DNA of 64,000 bases from a virus. Numbering within the stretch: the first letter of the stretch is position 1; every line of letters begins with the position of its first letter. A model generated the notes under the pieces. That model saw nothing but the letters and a program-made list of their open reading frames with translations, was not told the origin of the DNA and did no database searches. Shown here piece after piece: positions 49,253 to 58,159 of this stretch. The position numbers and the translations under genes were made by a program. The DNA lies in the IMG/VR virus record IMGVR_UViG_3300027733_000030, positions 96,001 through 160,000 of that record, one strand, 5' to 3'.

Positions 49253-49498
49253 ATGGAAAGAGGTACGTACACGTATCGGACACTCAGGGGTAATGACCTG
49301 GTGTTCCAGGTTGGAGGAAGCATGACGTATTGTCGTGTTTTCAGCCAACAAGGTGAGCTGGTCCACTACTATGGATCAGTTACACCTCCCAAGGTCAGTG
49401 AACAGGATGGTCAAACCATCGTCCTGTTTGAGGACTTTGAGGATGGATCGCGACGCCTTCATGGTGTTGCAATCCGTCCAGTCATTACCTTAGCGTAG
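49253..49498 (+). CDS. Hypothetical protein
   Basis: AAAGGA RBS; between repeat copies 2 and 3. Confidence 0.65.
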   Translation: MERGTYTYRTLRGNDLVFQVGGSMTYCRVFSQQGELVHYYGSVTPPKVSEQDGQTIVLFEDFEDGSRRLHGVAIRPVITLA

Positions 49499-49647
49499 TG
49501 GCTAGACAAAGGGTAGCGTCTTACCTTGCATACTAGCAAAGACGCACCATAGAAGAAGTTGTTCCCGGGGATTTCGGTCCTCGGGAACTTCTTTTTTTGA
49601 GGATAGGGGAAAGGCCCCTAGCTCATTCTCTTGAAAGGGGAATTGTT

Positions 49648-49791
49648 ATGAGTCAAACATACGAATGTGCAGAAGGAATGTGTCAGGATGTAGTGTCCTG
49701 GTCACTATCCGGGGTGCTTGCAGCAGCGGGCATCGTAATCATCACTGTGTTCGTTGTTACGGTGATCATCGGAGAAATCCGACGCAAATAG
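49648..49791 (+). CDS. Single-pass membrane peptide
   Basis: AAAGGGG RBS, MSQTYECAEGMC..., one hydrophobic helix and an RRK tail. Confidence 0.55.
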   Translation: MSQTYECAEGMCQDVVSWSLSGVLAAAGIVIITVFVVTVIIGEIRRK

Positions 49792-49922
49792 GAAAGTAAG
49801 TTAGTAGAAGGTTTGTTCCCGGGGATTTCGGTCCTCGGGAACTTCCTTTTTTTGGCATAGGCGCTAGGCCTCTAGCTACAGTCAACTAACACTGTTGTAA
49901 AAAGTTAGTAAGAAAGGTAATC

Positions 49923-50126
49923 ATGTCAAAAGGACCATGGGAGGAAAACTCCATGTGGACTCCGGATCTCCAAGATTCGGAGCTTGCTACGGATGTAGCC
50001 CATACATGTTTGAGGTGTCAAGAACTGGAAGCTGAATTAGAAAAGTGGAAGGACACGGCGCGTACATGGATGTGGACAGCTGCAGACGCATCAGGTGTGG
50101 ACATATCGGATGCGTTAGACAATTGA
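49923..50126 (+). CDS. Hypothetical protein
   Basis: AAAGG RBS; CLRCQELEAELEKWK coiled coil. Confidence 0.6.
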   Translation: MSKGPWEENSMWTPDLQDSELATDVAHTCLRCQELEAELEKWKDTARTWMWTAADASGVDISDALDN

Positions 50127-50274
50127 GCAATGCTCACACCAAGGAGTAGTGATCCTATACATACTTATATAATTCACTAAAGAAGGAGGTTCTCGGGAGA
50201 TATTTCCCGGGAACTTCCTTTTTTTGAGGATAGACCGCCGGTCAATCTCACCAGCTGATGGAGGTCAGCAAACT

Positions 50275-50451
50275 ATGAAACATAAACCAACTCTAGGATA
50301 TTTTAATATCCTCGATTGGGAGATGGATAAGATTGCATGCAAGTCATGCAGTGCTGTCTTGGTCTCTCAAGGAAGTCAAATATGTGACTCATTTATAGGA
50401 AAGGATCTTATCTGTCCTATTTGCGAGTTGGACATTGACGACGCACAATAG
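50275..50451 (+). CDS. Small zinc-finger protein
   Basis: GGAGG RBS; CKSC...CPIC. Confidence 0.6.
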   Translation: MKHKPTLGYFNILDWEMDKIACKSCSAVLVSQGSQICDSFIGKDLICPICELDIDDAQ

Positions 50452-50788
50452 TAATAGTCAATGAATAAGTAAGTAAAAGAAGGTCGTCCCTGGGGAGAAA
50501 TCCCTGGGGACTTCCTTTTTTTGCCGATAGATCGTTGGCCCTTAAACAGGAGGTAGAAATGTAATGAATATCACCGTTGTTGAAACGGTGGGATATTCCA
50601 TTGTTTATGGAGAATCCTACCATTTAGTAATAATAGACCCTTCTCTACCCCCCGCCTAGGAGTATTGCTTACTGACCTTAGATTCCTTTTTTTGACGATA
50701 GGCCATTGGCCTTTAGTCACACGTAAGGTTCCACGCCAGGGCCAACAGTATGTGCTCTGTAGAAAAGCACACAGAAAGGGAGGGAGAG

Positions 50789-53188
50789 ATGTCATATTTC
50801 CATGGCATTGTGGTCCTCGCTGGAAGGTGGCTTCGGCTGCTGACTGGTGCAGACCATGTCCCGGGTACCACCGTCAAAGAAGAGTTTCAGGGAGGACAAT
50901 ATGTCCCCGCGTTCCTGGAGCACTTCTGGGCAGGTCGGTACCGCGTCGAGGTGCGTAAGCTGTTCAGCCGTAAGGTTGGATCGTTGGAAAGCGCACCTGC
51001 CGTCACCAATAAGGAGCTGTTCTCTAGCGAAGTAATTCGTTGGAGCAACTCCTCGGACCAGTACATGTTGCGCATTAAGGGCAACAATGGCTGGCTTGCT
51101 AGCTTCAAGGAAATCGGTCTTCTGATCGCTAACTCCAAGAAGATGAGCAAGAGGTTAGTAGAACTCGTGCGCATGTCGTGCATGTGGCTCTACATACCCG
51201 AGGACAAAGCCCTTGAGGTTGACGTCATCGATCACAAAGCGTTGGGCATGCCTGACGAATATGTGGACGGTGCGACGTTCATCACCCGTGGGCTCGCAAT
51301 CAAGTGCGTGAAGTCGAATACTTCGGCAACACGTGCTTGGCGGGCTCGGATGATCTGGAACATTCGCAATGGCAGTCTTGTCGTTGTGCAGTTCCGGATG
51401 CTCTGCGCGCTTGGAGAGATCAAAGGCAATGCCGTGATCACTCCTCGTAAGCAGATGCAAGGCTACGAAGTTCGGACGTTTGCGCCGAATATCAAGGCTG
51501 AGATCCGAACCACTGGGTGGCAATGGGTCACATTGGAGCCGTCTTACGGGACGATTCCAGTGAAGTCTGACGATCTGACACATTCCATTTACTGGGATGT
51601 TAAGGGTCTGTATGACCACGACTCACTCCTGGCATGCCTGGAATCCTCTTTGAAGCAATTCAAGGAGGACTTGGTGGCTGGCAAACGCTCTGAATGGATG
51701 GAGAAACTCGCTGAAAGCAGTGGGTCTATCCTACATGAAGAGTCGGAGGTAAAGTATGCAAAGGATCGTGGCCTAGTTGGCAGGATTCAGCATGCGGTTG
51801 CTCAACTTAGTAAGTTGGGTGTACCTCTACACGCCAGTCAAACCCTGATGTTCCTCTCGGTCAATGGTTTGCGAAAGCAGCTGTTGGGCGACAATCGTCA
51901 GGGTGAGGTGTGGATGGACAAGTCTCGTCACTGGTTTCCAGTGTCGTGGGCTTATGCCGCTCACATCTATACCAAGGAAGTCCTCGAAATCGGTGGGTTT
52001 AAGATGCCCACTGGTAACGAAGGCTTCTTCCATGAGGCTACCCACAGCTTCGTGGTACCTGGCCAGTTCTTGAAGGATAACTTTGAGAACTGGGGAGGTC
52101 CTGACTTGGATGATACTGTAAAGGTGCATGTGCGCCGAGTATCAGACAAACAGGGCAAGGTCAAGTTGATGGGAATTGTCATGCGCAATCCGAATGATTT
52201 CGGTGAGTATGCGATGATTCCACTCAACGAAACCGGACCAATATTCCACGACTATGGTGCTGAGCCCCCGCTGGTGGATCTGCAGGAACTATCTAGTAAG
52301 GTTCCGCAGTTCACAAAGCTGAAGAAGCATCTGAACATCGGATCTCTTCCGGCGATCACTAATCCACGTAAGCGTGGTGACGTGTTCTCGCTGGAGGATG
52401 AGTCGGCTGTTCGGCTTGCATCACAGGCTTTTCCACCAGGAATGGGCGGAACGGTCATCCCAAAGATGATCTGGTACGCTCAGTTCGGGAAGCCCATTGA
52501 GGAGTTGGTTGCAACTAACGAAGACATCGTTGATGTTCTTCAGCAGGGGCAAGCTTCTCTGGAGGATGTGCAGTTGATCAAGCAATGGATCGACAACACA
52601 TTCACCACAATGGGCGAAAAGCTCAACTGGGAAATGGACCGCTTCTGGTTCATGACCCGGATGCCAGCACCGTTGGCAGAGTTATGGGAAACCTCATCCG
52701 AGGAAGTATCGCCTTGGGTCACACTCCATAAGGAGCGTGAGAACCTTGTGCGTCAGTACATTAAGGAAATGACGGATTGGCTGAATAGTCAAGTCGTTAT
52801 GCCCGAAGTGCTGGCAAACATCAACTGGACTCCAGAAGAGCGCGCAAACGCTTGGAGGGAACTCCAGAAGATCAAAGAGGTTCATCAAGCAGCTCGAAAC
52901 AGTAGTCTCACCTGGTGTGATTACTTCGTAGAGCTGATGACCAAGAGCGATGAAGAGCATGGTAAAGAACGTACTGATCGTAAGATCTTGCGTTTGGCAC
53001 ACCAAGCCATCCTCGCGAAGGCTCAAACGCCAGGAGCAAACCATGATCAGTGGCTGTTCTCGTTCAACGCTAAGAGCGAAATGCAACCGTACATGTTCTA
53101 TGTGCGTGCTCTCAAGCGTGTTCAAGACGGAACCTATTCATGGTTGCCCGCATCAGCAAGTCCGATTATTGAGGACATAGGGAGCTGA
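50789..53188 (+). CDS. Putative single-subunit two-barrel (YonO / cellular-RdRP-like) RNA polymerase with an atypical catalytic loop
   Basis: Likely start ATG 50789 after GGGAGGGAG (799 aa). YVDGATFITRGLA resembles the RdRP DG.G.IS..LA motif; QFRMLCALGEIKG resembles Q.R..G.KG; SFVVPG...WGGPDLDD resembles VVFP...SG.DLDGD; MRNP follows. Confidence 0.65.
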   Translation: MSYFHGIVVLAGRWLRLLTGADHVPGTTVKEEFQGGQYVPAFLEHFWAGRYRVEVRKLFSRKVGSLESAPAVTNKELFSSEVIRWSNSSDQYMLRIKGNNGWLASFKEIGLLIANSKKMSKRLVELVRMSCMWLYIPEDKALEVDVIDHKALGMPDEYVDGATFITRGLAIKCVKSNTSATRAWRARMIWNIRNGSLVVVQFRMLCALGEIKGNAVITPRKQMQGYEVRTFAPNIKAEIRTTGWQWVTLEPSYGTIPVKSDDLTHSIYWDVKGLYDHDSLLACLESSLKQFKEDLVAGKRSEWMEKLAESSGSILHEESEVKYAKDRGLVGRIQHAVAQLSKLGVPLHASQTLMFLSVNGLRKQLLGDNRQGEVWMDKSRHWFPVSWAYAAHIYTKEVLEIGGFKMPTGNEGFFHEATHSFVVPGQFLKDNFENWGGPDLDDTVKVHVRRVSDKQGKVKLMGIVMRNPNDFGEYAMIPLNETGPIFHDYGAEPPLVDLQELSSKVPQFTKLKKHLNIGSLPAITNPRKRGDVFSLEDESAVRLASQAFPPGMGGTVIPKMIWYAQFGKPIEELVATNEDIVDVLQQGQASLEDVQLIKQWIDNTFTTMGEKLNWEMDRFWFMTRMPAPLAELWETSSEEVSPWVTLHKERENLVRQYIKEMTDWLNSQVVMPEVLANINWTPEERANAWRELQKIKEVHQAARNSSLTWCDYFVELMTKSDEEHGKERTDRKILRLAHQAILAKAQTPGANHDQWLFSFNAKSEMQPYMFYVRALKRVQDGTYSWLPASASPIIEDIGS

Positions 53189-53549
53189 CGCAGTACTCCT
53201 TGAGATAGGAGAACATCCTAGTTAGGTTTACATAACTAACTGGAAGAAGGATGCCCCTGGGATTCAGTAGAAATACTGTTTCCTGGGGGCTACCCTTATA
53301 AAATTAATTTGCTATGAACGAGGTAGCTCTCGTCTGCGACATTGAAAGCAGTACCTGTGGGATTAAAAAGACCGCTAAATGAGGAGGTTGTTGGGAAGAA
53401 ATTCCTGGCAACCTCCTTTTTTTGAGGATAGTTCACTAGCCTCAAGCGCAGAACCTGAGCGCTCTATAAAGTATGGGTGACGCTGCAGGAGCTAAATCCT
53501 GACAGGAATTCCAACCTTGACAAATGGAATCAGCCAAGGAGGCACAAAA

Positions 53550-53918
53550 ATGGAAGCAATCAAGACAGCAAAGGATGGCCGTCAGTACACGGTCATCAAT
53601 GGCAAAGCAGTCTTCATCAAGGGTTCAAAGCCCGTGGTGAAAGCTGCTGTCGAGATGGCACCGGCACCAACGCCAGCACAGACCAAGGGCATTGCCTGCG
53701 GTAATTGCAGTGGCAAGCACAGCACTGTTCAAGAAGTGCGCGCATGCTTTGGCGTGACCGTCGTCAACACCAAGTGGACAGCTCGTCCTACTGCAGTTAT
53801 TACTGACCTTGACAAGAAAGTCATGGTTACCTGTGGTTGGGGCAAGGCAAGCCACAAGGTCGAGATGACCAAGGCCGATGCCATTGCATTCCGCAACACC
53901 TGCGAGCAGCATCGCTGA
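53550..53918 (+). CDS. Hypothetical protein with a CxxC-x2-H-x7-C motif
   Basis: AAGGAGG RBS before ATG 53550; CGNCSGKHSTVQEVRAC. Confidence 0.65.
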   Translation: MEAIKTAKDGRQYTVINGKAVFIKGSKPVVKAAVEMAPAPTPAQTKGIACGNCSGKHSTVQEVRACFGVTVVNTKWTARPTAVITDLDKKVMVTCGWGKASHKVEMTKADAIAFRNTCEQHR

Positions 53919-53920
53919 TC

Positions 53921-54151
53921 ATGGCTTACAACCATCACAATCAGCACTGCGGTCTCAGGGCAGATGGTTGCGAAGGTTTCATCTTCAAGGGCAATGGGCG
54001 ATTCGTCGCTTACCCCTACAAGATGCTCCTTTGCGCCAGCTGTTACGAGACATGGTTGCAGCGGAATTCCGAAGGTAAGAAGAAGGCGTCTGACAAGCGC
54101 AATCTCAAGAACCTTCGAGACAGCCAGCCCACACTCTTCGACCAGGAGTGA
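53921..54151 (+). CDS. Small Cys/His-rich protein
   Basis: ATG 53921 directly after the previous stop; CGLRADGC...CASC. Confidence 0.55.
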   Translation: MAYNHHNQHCGLRADGCEGFIFKGNGRFVAYPYKMLLCASCYETWLQRNSEGKKKASDKRNLKNLRDSQPTLFDQE

Positions 54152-54245
54152 GCTGAAGAAGACTGAAGTCCCACTACACATCAAGTGTAGGAGGGACTTC
54201 TTTCTTTGAGGATAGACTATTCGGGTCAGTCCACAAACGAAAGGA

Positions 54246-55010
54246 ATGATCATGTACAAACCATTCAAAGAAGGGTGTGATCACGAAATGACAGAACCAT
54301 CTGCTATTGGAGGCAAAAACATAGGCCTTGAATGGGAGATAGTTAATCATTGGAGCCACTGCACAAAATGCTGGGGCACCAAAGTGACGCAAGAAATGCT
54401 GTGGATCGGAGAGGGTCCAGATCCCCGAAATGAGGAGGAAAGTGCTATGGACAAACCATTGTATAAGGTAGCCTTTACAGGTCATCGCCCCAACAAAATT
54501 GGGGGATACAATGCAAAGACACCAATGCGTGTTGCTGTTACTGAAGCCATTAACAACGCTCTTGCACGAGCAGTGGCCAAGTATGGTGAGACACATGAAG
54601 TGGTTGTCATCAGTGGAGGCGCTCTTGGCGTTGATACCGATGCAGCACGGGAGGCTCATAAGATGGGTCTTCGGTTCATGATTGCAGCACCTTGCCGAAA
54701 TCAGGACATTAAATGGCCTGCTGAAAGCAAGTTGACCTACAAGAAGATGTGCGGATTTGCAGATGCAGATCTAGCTCGTACTCTTGCTAGCGACGGTGAA
54801 ACTATTGAAGACGGTGTTATATACGTCTACAATGGTGAATACACCACGGCAAAGGTCATGCAGGACAGGAACATCTGGATGGTAGATCACGCTGACAGTG
54901 TGGTTGCTATTTGGGATGGCACGTCTGGTGGCACGGGAAACTGTGTGGGTTATGCTCGCAACAAGCAAAAGCCCATGGTTGTAATCAACCCCACTAAGCT
55001 GCTTAGTTAA
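54246..55010 (+). CDS. SLOG-superfamily protein (YspA/DUF1273-like)
   Basis: VAFTGHRP, ISGGALGVD, RN.WMVDHAD.VVAIWDG.SGGT.NCV.YA. An alternative start at ATG 54447 has a GAGGAGG RBS. Confidence 0.85.
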   Translation: MIMYKPFKEGCDHEMTEPSAIGGKNIGLEWEIVNHWSHCTKCWGTKVTQEMLWIGEGPDPRNEEESAMDKPLYKVAFTGHRPNKIGGYNAKTPMRVAVTEAINNALARAVAKYGETHEVVVISGGALGVDTDAAREAHKMGLRFMIAAPCRNQDIKWPAESKLTYKKMCGFADADLARTLASDGETIEDGVIYVYNGEYTTAKVMQDRNIWMVDHADSVVAIWDGTSGGTGNCVGYARNKQKPMVVINPTKLLS

Positions 55011-55326
55011 TAGTTTAGTAAGTTATCGAAAGGTTGTTCCCGGGGAGAAATCCTCGGGGACTTCCTTTTTTATCATAGACCATTACACTTAAATTCTTTT
55101 TTTATGATAGGCACTTATTCTAAATCCCTCCGTGGATTGGGATAGGTTCCTAGTCCAGTTCTCTTTGCCTGTATTCTAAATCCCTCTGGGAGCATGCTGG
55201 CAAAAAGAAGGGGTTGTTTCCTTCCATAAAAAGAAGGGAGCAGTCCCCCCAGAGCATCTTCTGGGTAATAAAAAAGAAGGGTGACAATCCCGTCATCCGT
55301 CCAACGCATCAAAAGGAGAATATACC

Positions 55327-55725
55327 ATGCGTTTCATAGTTGCTAAACTCGGCATTGTTTCCGAGAAAACTGGAAAGACTCAAGTTGTCTTTCTGCCCGA
55401 AAACCAAGATGCCCCTGTTTGGGTGTCTGCTTGGTTGGCTACCTCGTTCGTTGAAGAGCAGGTTGTGCCCGGCGTCGAAATCCTCGCGGAATCGGCGTCG
55501 CTAACCAAGTTGGAAACGTCGTACGAAAAGGACGGCGTTGTTGTGGGGTTGAAGTCCCCTCGTCGTTCGGTCATCTTCGGTGGTACAGTTTCGGCTGTTG
55601 CCCCAGAAGGTAACCCGTTGCCCGAAGTCGTCTATGCTAAGTCTGAATCTACTTCGGCTTACGTTCAGGCGTTTCGTGCTAAGCAGGCAATGAAGTCTGC
55701 AGATTTGGGTACTGACTCGTTCTGA
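55327..55725 (+). CDS. Hypothetical protein (beta-rich, possibly OB-fold)
   Basis: AAAGGAG RBS; strongly biased codons; followed by a terminator. Confidence 0.65.
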   Translation: MRFIVAKLGIVSEKTGKTQVVFLPENQDAPVWVSAWLATSFVEEQVVPGVEILAESASLTKLETSYEKDGVVVGLKSPRRSVIFGGTVSAVAPEGNPLPEVVYAKSESTSAYVQAFRAKQAMKSADLGTDSF

Positions 55726-55751
55726 GTCTTGTGCCGTACTTTGTCCGTTTC

Positions 55752-55800
55752 GCGGGCTCACCTCAGAGTAATATCTGGGGTGGGCTCGCCTTATTTTTTA
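55752..55800 (+). terminator. Intrinsic terminator
   Basis: GCGGGCTCACCTCAGA/TCTGGGGTGGGCTCGC 16-bp stem with G-U pairs, then TTATTTTTT. Confidence 0.75.
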
Positions 55801-56010
55801 ACGCCCTGTCTCAGGACCCCTCGCTTCGCTCGGGATCGCTGAGCCAGTGCGGGCTTCGCCAATATGGTGAAGTCATATCTTTTTTTAAAATAGAACCTAG
55901 ATCCTAGGTATCTATTCTAAATTTTTAAAATAGAATAGTAGATTAATCTATTGTTCAAACAAAAAAGAAGGGGAGTAATCCCACCAACAAAAGCCCTAAG
56001 GAGGCACACA

Positions 56011-56337
56011 ATGCACACATTAGGAATCATCCTAATCGGAATGGCCTTAGGTATAGCTATGCTGTATCTAACTAATTTCATTGTCAGTAAAGCAAATGCT
56101 CGTCTTAACTATGGACAGAAGGTCCGTTTTGAAAGCGAAGTCATTGGACATATTTCAGTTTGTCGTTATCACGGCGTCAAGAAGTATTTCTTCACAACAA
56201 AGAACTTTGGGCCATTAAACCCTACTTCTTTCTATGAACGTGAAGATGCAATCTCAGCATGTCGCAAAGCTCATCTTGATGAAATGCTCAAAGAACAAGC
56301 TGAACGTCCTAAGCAAACATCGTTTCCAAGAGCGTAA
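56011..56337 (+). CDS. Hypothetical protein with an N-terminal transmembrane helix
   Basis: AAGGAGG RBS before ATG 56011. Confidence 0.65.
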   Translation: MHTLGIILIGMALGIAMLYLTNFIVSKANARLNYGQKVRFESEVIGHISVCRYHGVKKYFFTTKNFGPLNPTSFYEREDAISACRKAHLDEMLKEQAERPKQTSFPRA

Positions 56338-56567
56338 ATTCTTGGTTAGCCTTCTTGCGGGCTATTCCTCTCAGAAGGAATCAAGGGATTGGATCATATG
56401 ATCCTCTCCCAGCAACCAATCTTCCCTCCCAGGTTGAGCGTCCTTGCCATATACCCCCCTTTCGTATGGTAAGGATGCTCCCTGAGGGAGTTTATAGATC
56501 TTTGGTAATAACTTTTTTTTAAAAAAATAGATCTCTTCTAAAAAGAAGGGTTAGTAAAAGGAGAAAA

Positions 56568-56750
56568 ATGAATAAAATTACACTAAAAGTAATGATGGCA
56601 GTATATGCCGGATCATTCCTTGCTGGATTCATCTACGCATTCGGCACAGAAATGCAAAAACAAAAGATGGAAATCAAACATACTCCATCAATTGAATTCC
56701 AAAATCTAGTCAACCACTACAACAACAAACAGAAAGAGAAAGTGTCATGA
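56568..56750 (+). CDS. Small membrane protein
   Basis: AAAGGAG RBS; one hydrophobic helix. Confidence 0.6.
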   Translation: MNKITLKVMMAVYAGSFLAGFIYAFGTEMQKQKMEIKHTPSIEFQNLVNHYNNKQKEKVS

Positions 56751-56950
56751 AAATCGTACAAACAGCCGGAAAACTCTTCGGCAAAACCGTAGCCGTCAGT
56801 AAGAATGCGCCTTCAAAGACTGTCAAAGTCAGCAAAGCTGCATCCTCAAAGACCAAGAAGGCTCTTGTAAATGCAAAAGATGACTTGGTCGCCGGCTTCA
56901 ATCAAGGTGCACAACGGACTTCAGATTCTGACGTCATTGACATCAAGTAA
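56747..56950 (+). CDS. Small basic protein
   Basis: Lys/Ala/Ser-rich; ATGA overlap with the previous gene; followed by a terminator hairpin. Confidence 0.6.
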   Translation: MKIVQTAGKLFGKTVAVSKNAPSKTVKVSKAASSKTKKALVNAKDDLVAGFNQGAQRTSDSDVIDIK

Positions 56951-57122
56951 TAAAACCTTTGTTGGGAGTATAGCAACATCGCTATGCTCTCAACAAAAAA
57001 ATTTACAATAGTATTCTAAAACTATTGTGAACATAGAAAAAGAAGGGACTTGACAAATGTCATATCCCAAATAATCAAAAGTAATTACATCCCCATTAAA
57101 CACCTAACAGAAAGATATACTT

Positions 57123-58154
57123 ATGAGTATCCTTAGTCAATTCGGACTTAGTTCCGACGATTTCAGCATTGTTGCTGATAGTCCAGAGTTATTTGAGTCC
57201 AACGGCAAAACTACCAAGCTCATTGCGGGCAAAGAAGTTAGCTACAATGTCACTATTGCTGGAAAGAAAATTCCTGCATATGTCACACTTGAAAGCGCAA
57301 AGTTGACTCGTCTCTCGCTCCTTGAGCAACAGACTCGCAACGGTCGTGCCTATTGGCTCGCTACTGGCATGTTCAAGCCTGTCAAACTCAACATCGATCT
57401 TTTGATTGATGGTTCGCGCATGAACATCGTTGATCTTCTTCACACCATTGTGAAAGAAGCATCTGGTAAGCAAGATCATTCTCGTGAGCAGTTTGTTCGT
57501 GACCTTCGTAACATGGGCATGAACTTCGCTGACGGAATGCCTTTGTTCTTCCAACAATTCGGTGCAAGCTTCGAAGCATTTGAATCTGCTGTTACAGCAT
57601 TCAAGCAAGCAGGAGCAACTGATGACCTAGCACGTATGGTCGGCAAGGGTATCAACCCAGGTCGTATTCGTGCTGCTTACGCTCATGAACAAGGTGTTGA
57701 AGTCACCTCGTTCGAACTCGGTACAGTTGATCGTACCAAGTCTGTGCGTAATCAGGGCTTTATCGATCTCGGAGATGCTGTCTTTGAACAGTTCCTTCGC
57801 GTCGTCAAGTTCACCAAAGAAGCAAATGTTCTCAAGAATGAAATCGAAAAGAACATTTCTACTTGGTCACAGGCACAAATCAAGTCTGCTCAAGAGCAAA
57901 TCAAGAAGTTTGAGGATATGGCTAAACAATATACCTCGAACTGGGCAGGTGCGCAACAGCGTATCGTCCAACTGCCTAATGGCAAACTTGAGAACAAAGA
58001 TCAGTTTGATCCAGTAAACGCCCCTTGTGGTCGTTTCACTATGCTCGTCGACAACAATCCTGTTGAAGTCGATCTGTGGACTAACTCAGCTACTGCAAAT
58101 ACATCAACAGTTGGAACTGAAGTTTCAATTCTTGATGGCAAAACTGGGTTCTAA
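57123..58154 (+). CDS. Hypothetical protein (343 aa)
   Basis: Long ORF with strongly biased codons; family not recognised. Confidence 0.8.
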   Translation: MSILSQFGLSSDDFSIVADSPELFESNGKTTKLIAGKEVSYNVTIAGKKIPAYVTLESAKLTRLSLLEQQTRNGRAYWLATGMFKPVKLNIDLLIDGSRMNIVDLLHTIVKEASGKQDHSREQFVRDLRNMGMNFADGMPLFFQQFGASFEAFESAVTAFKQAGATDDLARMVGKGINPGRIRAAYAHEQGVEVTSFELGTVDRTKSVRNQGFIDLGDAVFEQFLRVVKFTKEANVLKNEIEKNISTWSQAQIKSAQEQIKKFEDMAKQYTSNWAGAQQRIVQLPNGKLENKDQFDPVNAPCGRFTMLVDNNPVEVDLWTNSATANTSTVGTEVSILDGKTGF

Positions 58155-58159
58155 TAACT

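Larger units (their letters stand above)
48663..55110 (+). repeat. Dispersed intergenic repeat family A: GAAG(G)-bulge-stem-loop-CTTC(C)-T6-7-NNN-ATAG (about 12 copies)
   Basis: Copies at 48663-48717, 49163-49222, 49552-49606, 49807-49860, 50182-50233, 50479-50530, 50656-50701 (divergent), 53243-53299 (no tail), 53381-53431, 54155-54215, 55028-55078 and a tail only to 55110. Stems covary, with G-U pairs valid on the plus strand. Confidence 0.85.

Noticed and set aside
50750-50788. ORF-track upstream starts (also 16559, 45832, 48781, 53517, 53837, 55951, 61557, 62140)
   Set aside because: Downstream ATGs with clear RBSs or gene-coupling fit better, and the extensions overlap neighbouring genes or repeats.
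48663-55110. CRISPR array or integron attC cassette array
   Set aside because: Spacing is irregular (about 140-750 nt, apart from the polymerase gene), intervals hold RBS-led ORFs, copies vary in sequence, there are no RYYYAAC/GTTRRRY ends, and no cas or integrase gene is in the window. The G-U bias points to RNA-level structure.
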